DNA of 64,000 nucleotides from Escherichia coli 042 (GTDB lineage Bacteria; Pseudomonadota; Gammaproteobacteria; Enterobacterales; Enterobacteriaceae): NCBI RefSeq assembly GCF_000027125.1, contig NC_017626.1; one strand, 5' to 3'. Shown piece by piece: positions 55,526 to 64,000 of this stretch (position 1 is its first letter; each line of letters starts with the position of its first letter). The notes under the pieces were generated by a model. It saw only the letters and a program-made list of their open reading frames with translations, ran no database searches and was not told where the DNA came from. The position numbers and the translations under genes were made by a program.

Positions 55526-56659
55526 ATGTCATCACTGAATATTAAACAGGGAAGTGACGCTCATTTTCCCGAGTATCCTCTGGCGTCGCCCAGTAATAAT
55601 GAAATTGATTTACTTAATCTAATCGCAGTTTTATGGCGGGCCAAAAAAACGGTCATGGCGGTCATTTTTGCATTTGCCTGCGCAGGTTTACTGATCTCTT
55701 TCATCCTGCCGCAAAAATGGACCAGCGCGGCGGTTGTCACGCCTCCAGAACCTGTTCAGTGGCAGGCGCTTGAGAAAACATTCACTAAGCTTCGTGTGCT
55801 GGATCTGGATATCAAAATTGATCGTACAGAAGCATTTAACCTGTTTATCAAGAAGTTTCAGTCGGTTAGCTTGCTGGAAGAGTACCTGCGCTCAACACCT
55901 TATGTGATGGACCAATTAAAAGAGGCGAAAATCGACGAACTGGATTTGCATCGCGCAATTGTCGCATTGAGCGAAAAAATGAAAGCGGTTGATGACAATG
56001 CCAGTAAGAAAAAAGATGAACCGTCACTGTATACCTCCTGGACGCTAAGTTTTACCGCGCCAACCAGCGAAGAGGCGCAGACCGTTTTGAGCGGGTATAT
56101 CGATTATATCTCTGCGTTAGTGGTGAAAGAGTCGATAGAAAACGTCCGTAATAAACTGGAGATCAAAACCCAGTTTGAAAAAGAAAAACTGGCTCAGGAT
56201 CGCATTAAAACGAAAAATCAACTTGATGCAAACATTCAGCGCCTCAATTATTCACTCGACATTGCCAACGCGGCAGGAATTAAAAAGCCCGTTTACAGTA
56301 ATGGTCAGGCCGTTAAAGATGACCCCGATTTCTCTATTTCTCTCGGCGCAGACGGTATTGAACGCAAACTGGAAATTGAAAAAGCGGTTACTGACGTTGC
56401 GGAACTGAACGGTGAATTACGTAATCGTCAGTATCTTGTCGAGCAATTAACAAAAGCAAATATCAACGATGTGAATTTTACGCCGTTTAAATATCAGTTA
56501 AGCCCGTCATTGCCAGTGAAAAAAGACGGTCCGGGTAAGGCGATTATTGTGATCCTTTCTGCGATGGTCGGCGGGATGGTGGCTTGTGGTGGCGTGCTGT
56601 TGCGCCATGCGATGGCATCCAGAAAACAGGATGCCGTGATGGAAGAGCACTTAGTTTAA
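55526..56659 (+). CDS. fepE: polysaccharide co-polymerase (Wzz-like) FepE
   Basis: ORF 55475..56659 trimmed to MSSLNIKQGSDAHFPEYP start (377 aa). Confidence 0.88.
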   Translation: MSSLNIKQGSDAHFPEYPLASPSNNEIDLLNLIAVLWRAKKTVMAVIFAFACAGLLISFILPQKWTSAAVVTPPEPVQWQALEKTFTKLRVLDLDIKIDRTEAFNLFIKKFQSVSLLEEYLRSTPYVMDQLKEAKIDELDLHRAIVALSEKMKAVDDNASKKKDEPSLYTSWTLSFTAPTSEEAQTVLSGYIDYISALVVKESIENVRNKLEIKTQFEKEKLAQDRIKTKNQLDANIQRLNYSLDIANAAGIKKPVYSNGQAVKDDPDFSISLGADGIERKLEIEKAVTDVAELNGELRNRQYLVEQLTKANINDVNFTPFKYQLSPSLPVKKDGPGKAIIVILSAMVGGMVACGGVLLRHAMASRKQDAVMEEHLV

Positions 56660-57471
56660 CTATTTGCGGTTGAAGGTGCCGTTCGTCCGAGCGGCACCAC
56701 GAGCGGCGTTCCGGCTACCGGATCGTCAATAATCATGCAGCGCAGACCATAAATGCTCTCGATCAATTCAGCAGTGACAATCTCCTTCGGCGCTCCCTGA
56801 GCAACAATTTTCCCTTCCCGCAATGCAATCAAATGGCTGGCGTAACGACAGGCCTGATTAAGATCGTGCAGCACCGCCGCCAGGGTATAGCCTTTCTCGC
56901 GGTTCAGTTCGCTTAACAGTTCCAGTAGATCAATCTGATGACTGATATCCAGCCAGGTCGTGGGTTCGTCGAGCAGCATAATTGCCGTTTCCTGGGCCAG
57001 CACCATTGCTATCCACGCTCGCTGGCGTTGTCCGCCAGAAAGGGTATCCACGCTTTGATCTGCCAGATGAGTTATTCCCGTGGCCTGCATCGCTTTCGTT
57101 ACCGCTTCTTCATCCTCTTTGCGCCAGCGGGTAAACAGCGGTTGATGCGGGTAACGTCCACGCGCCACCAGCTCCTGCACGGTGATATCGCCCGGCGTGG
57201 TAGCATTTTGCGCCAACAGGCCAATCCGGCGTGCAACCTCTTTACTGGCGTAATGTTGAATGTGCTCACCATCCAGCCAGACATGCCCGTGAGCAGGCGT
57301 CATCAGGCGGCTTAAAGTACGCAGTAACGTGGATTTACCGCAGCCATTTGGCCCGATAATTGCCGTGAAGTGACCATCAGGAATTTCTACAGTCAGATTT
57401 TCCGCAACGGTATATTTGCCATATCCGAGGGTTAACTGTTCGCCACGCAAACGGGCTACTGATTCGGTCAT
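56656..57471 (-). CDS. fepC: ferric enterobactin ABC transporter ATPase FepC
   Basis: ORF 56656..57612 trimmed to MTESVARLRGEQLTLGYGKY start (271 aa); Walker A GPNGCGKST. Confidence 0.92.
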   Translation of the reverse strand: MTESVARLRGEQLTLGYGKYTVAENLTVEIPDGHFTAIIGPNGCGKSTLLRTLSRLMTPAHGHVWLDGEHIQHYASKEVARRIGLLAQNATTPGDITVQELVARGRYPHQPLFTRWRKEDEEAVTKAMQATGITHLADQSVDTLSGGQRQRAWIAMVLAQETAIMLLDEPTTWLDISHQIDLLELLSELNREKGYTLAAVLHDLNQACRYASHLIALREGKIVAQGAPKEIVTAELIESIYGLRCMIIDDPVAGTPLVVPLGRTAPSTANS

Positions 57472-58460
57472 TTTTTGCGAGACTCCTGAATTAACAAGAC
57501 GATAAGGTAAATACCACCGAGGCTGACGGTAACGACGCCAACCGGAAGTTGATACGGCATAAACAGTTGTTGGGCGCAGAGATCGGCCGCCAGCAGTAAC
57601 AACGCCCCGCACAGCGCCGCCTGGGTCAGCCCCCAGCGAGCGGTGCTGCTAATGCGGCGGGCAATGTGTGGCGCGACTAAAGCAATAAAGGAAATCGGCC
57701 CCGCCAGGGCAGTGGCAGCTGCGGTAAGTACTACGGCGACCAGCATCATTAACAGCCGCGAACGTTCGACGCTGACGCCCAGCGCACATGCGGTATCATC
57801 ACCCATCTCCAGCAAGCGCATCCGCCGCACCAGCAAGGCGGCGGCAATGAGCATCAATATAATGATGGGTGCGGAGGGCGAGGTTTTTGCCCACGTCAGG
57901 CCGTTGAGCGATCCGGCATTCCACAAACCTGCTGTTAGCGCCGTTTCTAAAGACGCTTTCAGCAAAAGCCAGGTATTAAAGGCCACCAGCATGGCGCGAA
58001 CGCCGATGCCGATAATAATCAACCGAAAGGTGTCGATGCCGTTACGCCAGGCGAGCAGCCAGACCAGCAGCGAGGTGACAATGCCGCCCACCATTGCTGC
58101 CAGGGCGATAGCCGTCAGGTCCTGACCAAACAGCACCATCGCCACCAGCACGCCGCTCCACGCCCCGGTGTTAAAGCCCATTACGTCAGGGCTGCCGAGC
58201 GGGTTACGCATCAGCGACTGAAAAATCGCGCCGCTGACGCCCAGAGCCGCGCCAATTAACAGCGCCATCAGCACGCGTGGTAAACGCCATTCGGTGACCA
58301 CCATCGTCATACTGCGCGGCGCATCGCCCATCAGCGCGGCGAATATCTGCGAGGTTTCCAGCGTGACGGTACCGCTGCGTAATCCCCAGATACCTGCAAC
58401 CACACAGGCGGAAACCAGCAGCAAACAGGTGATGATTAATCGGCGAGAGACGTAAATCAT
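57468..58460 (-). CDS. fepG: ferric enterobactin ABC transporter permease FepG
   Basis: 330 aa ORF, FecCD-family permease. Confidence 0.92.
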   Translation of the reverse strand: MIYVSRRLIITCLLLVSACVVAGIWGLRSGTVTLETSQIFAALMGDAPRSMTMVVTEWRLPRVLMALLIGAALGVSGAIFQSLMRNPLGSPDVMGFNTGAWSGVLVAMVLFGQDLTAIALAAMVGGIVTSLLVWLLAWRNGIDTFRLIIIGIGVRAMLVAFNTWLLLKASLETALTAGLWNAGSLNGLTWAKTSPSAPIIILMLIAAALLVRRMRLLEMGDDTACALGVSVERSRLLMMLVAVVLTAAATALAGPISFIALVAPHIARRISSTARWGLTQAALCGALLLLAADLCAQQLFMPYQLPVGVVTVSLGGIYLIVLLIQESRKK

Positions 58461-59461
58461 GCGCCACCTCGCGTTTTACGTCGCACGAGGAAGATCAGCA
58501 CCGGTGCGCCAATAAAGGCACTGACTACAGAAACGCGCAGTTCGCCGGGCACAATCACACGCCCGATGATATCGGCAAACAGCAGCAGGGCAGGGGTAGC
58601 AAGTAGCGTGACGGGCAGCGACCAGCGATGATCGGCACCTACCAGCCAACGCGCCATATGCGGCATCATCAGGCCAATAAAGGCAATCGGGCCAACTACC
58701 GCCGTTGCACTACCGCAAAGCACGGTAATCGCCAGCAGACCAATCAACTGTGTGCGCGCCACGCGACTGCCTAGCGCCGTCGCGGTGTCACTGCCGAGGC
58801 TTAAACTGTTCAGCGCGCGGCTCAGTAATAGCGCGGTTGCTCCGGCGATCAGCACCGGGATCAGCACAACTTTTAAGGTATATAGATTACGAATATCCAG
58901 CGAACCGGCTTGCCAGAAACGCAACTGATCGTAGACGTCAGGATTAAGCAGGGCGATGCCGCTGGTCAGCCCTTCCAGCACCGCCGCCAGCGCCACGCCC
59001 GCCAGGGTTAAACGCACCGGACTTAACTGCCCGCCGCCCTGGCTGCCGGTAAAGGCAACAATCAATGAGGCCACCAGCGCCCCGGCGAAGGCCATCGCCA
59101 GTTGTTCCTGCGCGGATGAGTAACCAAACAGCGCCGCACCCAGCACAATGGCAAAGCTGGCTCCGGCGTTCACGCCAAGCAAGCCGGGGTCGGCAAGTGG
59201 GTTTCGGGTGAGGGTTTGCATCAACGCCCCGGCAAGGCCAAGCGCACCGCCTGCCAGTAAACCGGCAAGGGTGCGCGGCAGTCGCGCGTCGAGCACGATG
59301 GTGCAGTCGGCGCTCTGGCAGGTGCCGGAGAGGGCCTCCAGCACTACGGAAGCGGGGAGTGATTTTGCCCCAATGAGCAGGCTTAATGCCGTCGCGATAA
59401 TCAGTAATAACAGCAATCCGGGCACGGCAATGGCGCGTGTCACGGCAATAGAACCAGACAT
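58457..59461 (-). CDS. fepD: ferric enterobactin ABC transporter permease FepD
   Basis: ORF 58457..59473 trimmed to MSGSIAVTRAIAVPG start (334 aa). Confidence 0.9.
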   Translation of the reverse strand: MSGSIAVTRAIAVPGLLLLLIIATALSLLIGAKSLPASVVLEALSGTCQSADCTIVLDARLPRTLAGLLAGGALGLAGALMQTLTRNPLADPGLLGVNAGASFAIVLGAALFGYSSAQEQLAMAFAGALVASLIVAFTGSQGGGQLSPVRLTLAGVALAAVLEGLTSGIALLNPDVYDQLRFWQAGSLDIRNLYTLKVVLIPVLIAGATALLLSRALNSLSLGSDTATALGSRVARTQLIGLLAITVLCGSATAVVGPIAFIGLMMPHMARWLVGADHRWSLPVTLLATPALLLFADIIGRVIVPGELRVSVVSAFIGAPVLIFLVRRKTRGGA

Positions 59462-59473
59462 ACGAACTTCCAT

Positions 59474-59500
59474 GATAATGAAATTAATTATCGTTATCGA
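59474..59500. promoter_or_regulatory. Fur box in divergent fepD / entS promoter
   Basis: gataatgaaattaattatcgttatcga resembles the Fur consensus. Confidence 0.5.
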
Positions 59501-59571
59501 TCTTATTTGGATATGTTAGCATGTGCAGCCTAAGAATAGGTATTTAAAATATTTGATGGCAAGGCATTGTA

Positions 59572-60822
59572 ATGAATAAACAATCCTGGCTGCTTAACCT
59601 CAGCCTGTTGAAAACGCACCCGGCGTTTCGTGCAGTATTCCTCGCTCGTTTTATCTCAATTGTGTCTCTGGGTTTGCTCGGCGTCGCGGTGCCCGTGCAG
59701 ATCCAGATGATGACGCATTCTACCTGGCAGGTGGGGCTTTCGGTGACGCTGACCGGCGGCGCGATGTTTGTTGGCCTGATGGTCGGCGGTGTGCTGGCGG
59801 ATCGCTATGAGCGCAAAAAAGTGATTTTGCTGGCGCGCGGCACCTGTGGCATTGGCTTCATTGGACTGTGCCTTAATGCACTGCTGCCGGAGCCGTCATT
59901 GCTGGCAATCTATTTACTTGGTTTATGGGATGGTTTTTTCGCATCACTTGGCGTTACGGCGCTACTGGCGGCGACACCTGCACTGGTAGGGCGTGAAAAC
60001 TTAATGCAGGCCGGGGCGATCACCATGTTGACCGTGCGCCTGGGGTCGGTGATTTCGCCTATGATTGGCGGTTTATTGCTGGCGACCGGCGGCGTAGCCT
60101 GGAACTACGGGCTGGCGGCGGCGGGCACGTTTATTACCTTGCTACCGTTGTTAAGCCTTCCGGCGTTGCCACCGCCACCGCAGCCGCGTGAGCATCCGTT
60201 GAAATCATTACTGGCAGGATTTCGTTTTCTGCTCGCCAGCCCGCTGGTGGGAGGGATTGCGCTGCTGGGTGGTTTATTGACGATGGCGAGCGCGGTGCGG
60301 GTACTGTATCCGGCGCTGGCTGACAACTGGCAGATGTCGGCGGCACAGATTGGTTTTCTCTATGCGGCGATCCCGCTCGGCGCGGCTATTGGCGCGTTAA
60401 CCAGCGGGAAGCTGGCACATAGTGCGCGACCAGGGTTGTTGATGCTGCTCTCCACGCTGGGATCGTTCCTCGCCATTGGTCTGTTTGGCCTGATGCCGAT
60501 GTGGATTTTAGGCGTGGTTTGTCTGGCGCTGTTCGGCTGGCTGAGCGCGGTTAGTTCGTTGCTGCAATACACAATGCTGCAAACACAAACCCCGGAAGCG
60601 ATGTTAGGGCGGATTAACGGTTTGTGGACGGCGCAAAACGTGACGGGCGATGCCATAGGCGCGGCGCTGCTGGGCGGTTTGGGAGCGATGATGACACCGG
60701 TTGCTTCCGCAAGCGCGAGCGGTTTTGGTTTGTTGATTATCGGCGTGTTGTTATTGCTGGTGCTGGTGGAGTTGCGACGTTTTCGCCAGACGCCGCCGCA
60801 GATGACAGCGTCCGACAGTTAA
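59572..60822 (+). CDS. entS: enterobactin exporter EntS (MFS)
   Basis: 416 aa ORF, 12-TM MFS transporter. Confidence 0.9.
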   Translation: MNKQSWLLNLSLLKTHPAFRAVFLARFISIVSLGLLGVAVPVQIQMMTHSTWQVGLSVTLTGGAMFVGLMVGGVLADRYERKKVILLARGTCGIGFIGLCLNALLPEPSLLAIYLLGLWDGFFASLGVTALLAATPALVGRENLMQAGAITMLTVRLGSVISPMIGGLLLATGGVAWNYGLAAAGTFITLLPLLSLPALPPPPQPREHPLKSLLAGFRFLLASPLVGGIALLGGLLTMASAVRVLYPALADNWQMSAAQIGFLYAAIPLGAAIGALTSGKLAHSARPGLLMLLSTLGSFLAIGLFGLMPMWILGVVCLALFGWLSAVSSLLQYTMLQTQTPEAMLGRINGLWTAQNVTGDAIGAALLGGLGAMMTPVASASASGFGLLIIGVLLLLVLVELRRFRQTPPQMTASDS

Positions 60823-60825
60823 TGC

Positions 60826-61782
60826 TTAAAACAGCGCCTTAAGTCGTTCCAGCACTTGCATGGCGCTGTAGTAATCCAGTCGGAACGTCTCGGTTCCCAG
60901 CGCATAAACCTGCTTGTTTTGTACTGCAGGCAGGTGCGCGAGCAGCGGATTAGCATAAATAGCATCGGCGTCTTTCTGATCACCGGCGAACAGGAATAGT
61001 GACTCACCATTTAACCCTGCAGCCAGATTTTCCCCACCAAGCTGAATGATGTCATGGCGTTTGCCCTGGCTTTGGCTGGCGTTTAACCCTGCGGGCAACT
61101 TCGCCAGCGTAAAGCCGAGTTGTTCCAGCATCTGCCCTTGTGCTGATTCAGGCGTCCAGAGATTGGCACTGTGTGCAGCGGCGGTATAGACAATGGCAGT
61201 GACCGGCTGCGGCGGTAATTTGATTTGCTCTTTCGCCGCCGCCAGTTGCTTATCAAACTGCGCAACCCGCTCTGCCGCTTGTTTCTCATGCCCGGTAATT
61301 TCGCCAAGTTGCGTTAACAGCGACTGCCAGCTTTTGTCGTCGTAATTGATGATTAATGTCGGGGCGATGGTGGAAAGCTGATCGTACAGCGCCAGCGCCG
61401 AATCACCGCCGGTTGCGCTAATTAAAATCAGATCCGGCATTTGCGCGGCAACGGCTTCGGCACTTGGTTCACCGATATAGAGTCGTTGCAATTTGCGTTC
61501 TTTCGCTACCTTGCTCCACTGGCGTAAAAAGCCCTGGTCATCCGCGACGCGGTTATTTGGCGTGGTCGCGCCGCTGGCAATCACCGGAGCATCAATCGCC
61601 AGCAGTGAGCCGGTCAGGGTGACGCTGGTGGAAACAATACGCTGCGGCTGGCTTTCCAGGGTATGAGTGCCACGGCTGTCAGTAATCTGACGCGGCCAGT
61701 CGGCGGCCTGAACTGCGGCTATTCCTGAAAGCAAAAGTCCTGTTAATAGAAGGGCGTTGCGGTAGAGCGGGGCGAGTCTCAC
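60826..61782 (-). CDS. fepB: periplasmic ferric enterobactin-binding protein FepB
   Basis: 318 aa ORF with signal peptide, siderophore-binding protein family. Confidence 0.92.
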   Translation of the reverse strand: MRLAPLYRNALLLTGLLLSGIAAVQAADWPRQITDSRGTHTLESQPQRIVSTSVTLTGSLLAIDAPVIASGATTPNNRVADDQGFLRQWSKVAKERKLQRLYIGEPSAEAVAAQMPDLILISATGGDSALALYDQLSTIAPTLIINYDDKSWQSLLTQLGEITGHEKQAAERVAQFDKQLAAAKEQIKLPPQPVTAIVYTAAAHSANLWTPESAQGQMLEQLGFTLAKLPAGLNASQSQGKRHDIIQLGGENLAAGLNGESLFLFAGDQKDADAIYANPLLAHLPAVQNKQVYALGTETFRLDYYSAMQVLERLKALF

Positions 61783-61922
61783 AAATCAGCTTCCTGTTAT
61801 TAATGAAGTTAATGCTTCTCATTTTCATTGTAACCACAAGCAGATGCAACCCCGAGTTGCAGATTGCGTTACCTCAAGAGTTGACATAGTGCGCGTTTGC
61901 TTTTAGGTTAGCGACCGAAAAT

Positions 61923-61941
61923 ATAAATGATAATCATTATT
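61923..61941. promoter_or_regulatory. Fur box in divergent fepB / entC promoter
   Basis: ataaatgataatcattatt is a near-perfect Fur consensus just upstream of entC. Confidence 0.6.
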
Positions 61942-61970
61942 AAAGCCTTTATCATTTTGTGGAGGATGAT

Positions 61971-63146
<1,176 letters not shown>

Positions 63147-63155
63147 GGAGTGAGG

Positions 63156-64000
63156 ATGAGCATTCCATTCACCCGCTGGCCGGAAGAGTTTGCCCGTCGC
63201 TATCGGGAAAAAGGCTACTGGCAGGATTTGCCGCTGACCGACATTCTGACCCGTCATGCCGCAAGCGACAGCATCGCGGTCATCGACGGCGAGCGGCAGT
63301 TGAGTTACCGGGAGCTGAATCAGGCGGCGGATAACCTCGCGTGTAGTTTGCGCCGTCAGGGCATTAAACCTGGTGAAACCGCGCTGGTACAACTGGGTAA
63401 CGTCGCTGAACTTTACATTACCTTTTTCGCGTTGCTGAAACTGGGCGTTGCGCCGGTGCTGGCGCTGTTCAGCCATCAGCGTAGTGAACTGAACGCCTAT
63501 GCCAGCCAGATTGAACCGGCGTTACTGATTGCCGATCGCCAGCATGCGCTGTTTAGCGGAGATGATTTCCTCAATACATTTGTTGCAGAGCATTCCTCCA
63601 TTCGCGTGGTGCAACTGCACAACGACAGCGGTGAGCATAATTTGCAGGATGCGATTAACCATCCGGCTGAGGATTTTACTGCCACGCCGTCACCTGCTGA
63701 TGAAGTGGCCTATTTCCAGCTTTCCGGCGGCACCACCGGCACACCGAAACTGATCCCACGTACTCATAATGACTATTACTACAGCGTGCGTCGTAGCGTC
63801 GAGATTTGTCAGTTCACACAACAGACACGCTACCTGTGCGCGATCCCGGCGGCTCATAACTACGCCATGAGTTCACCGGGATCGTTGGGGGTATTTCTCG
63901 CTGGCGGCACTGTGGTTCTGGCGGCCGACCCCAGCGCCACGCTTTGCTTCCCATTGATTGAAAAACATCAGGTGAACGTCACCGCGCTGGTGCCGCCCGC
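63156..64000 (+). CDS. entE: 2,3-dihydroxybenzoate-AMP ligase EntE, 5' portion only (runs off window end)
   Basis: ATG at ~63156 ([24 protein letters not shown]...), adenylation-domain sequence, open to window end. Confidence 0.92.
   Translation, partial: MSIPFTRWPEEFARRYREKGYWQDLPLTDILTRHAASDSIAVIDGERQLSYRELNQAADNLACSLRRQGIKPGETALVQLGNVAELYITFFALLKLGVAPVLALFSHQRSELNAYASQIEPALLIADRQHALFSGDDFLNTFVAEHSSIRVVQLHNDSGEHNLQDAINHPAEDFTATPSPADEVAYFQLSGGTTGTPKLIPRTHNDYYYSVRRSVEICQFTQQTRYLCAIPAAHNYAMSSPGSLGVFLAGGTVVLAADPSATLCFPLIEKHQVNVTALVPP

Overview
This window is an Escherichia coli K-12-like chromosomal segment running purK-purE-lpxH-ppiB-cysS-ybcI-ybcJ-folD, the sfmACDHF fimbrial operon, fimZ, tRNA-Arg (argU), envY-ybcH-nfrA-nfrB, cusSR/cusCFBA, pheP, ybdG, nfsB, ybdF/J/K, hokE, entD-fepA, fes-ybdZ-entF-fepE, fepCGD, entS, fepB and entC-entE (partial). 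Gene identities come from recognising the translated ORFs and their conserved order; no database search was run. Coordinates taken from the ORF track are reliable; those I derived by reading the sequence by hand (repeat, IS and motif boundaries) may be off by a base or so. Four things depart from the K-12 reference order as I recall it. (1) argU is followed after ~45 bp by envY, so the DLP12 prophage and ompT/appY are absent. (2) An ~11.4 kb AT-rich island sits between nfrB and cusS (about 20.2-31.5 kb). It looks like a decayed polymorphic-toxin / Rhs-type locus: two direct copies of an H-repeat (ISAs1-family) element, one disrupted by IS1 and a nonsense change; a short Rhs-like YD-repeat remnant; a deaminase-like toxin-tip fragment with an adjacent candidate immunity gene; a PAAR-like (DUF4150-like) fragment; three paralogous 336-346 aa repeat proteins, two of which share an identical 3' half; and a low-GC four-gene cluster including a multi-pass membrane protein and a nonsense-interrupted ORF. 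The three mosaic paralogs are the best candidate for an undescribed system. (3) pheP carries a +1 frameshift. (4) The hokE toxin locus is tandemly duplicated and the IS186 that follows hokE in K-12 is absent. Fur boxes, a CusR box, REP elements and several terminators are also visible. No CRISPR array, rRNA or phage integrase was found.
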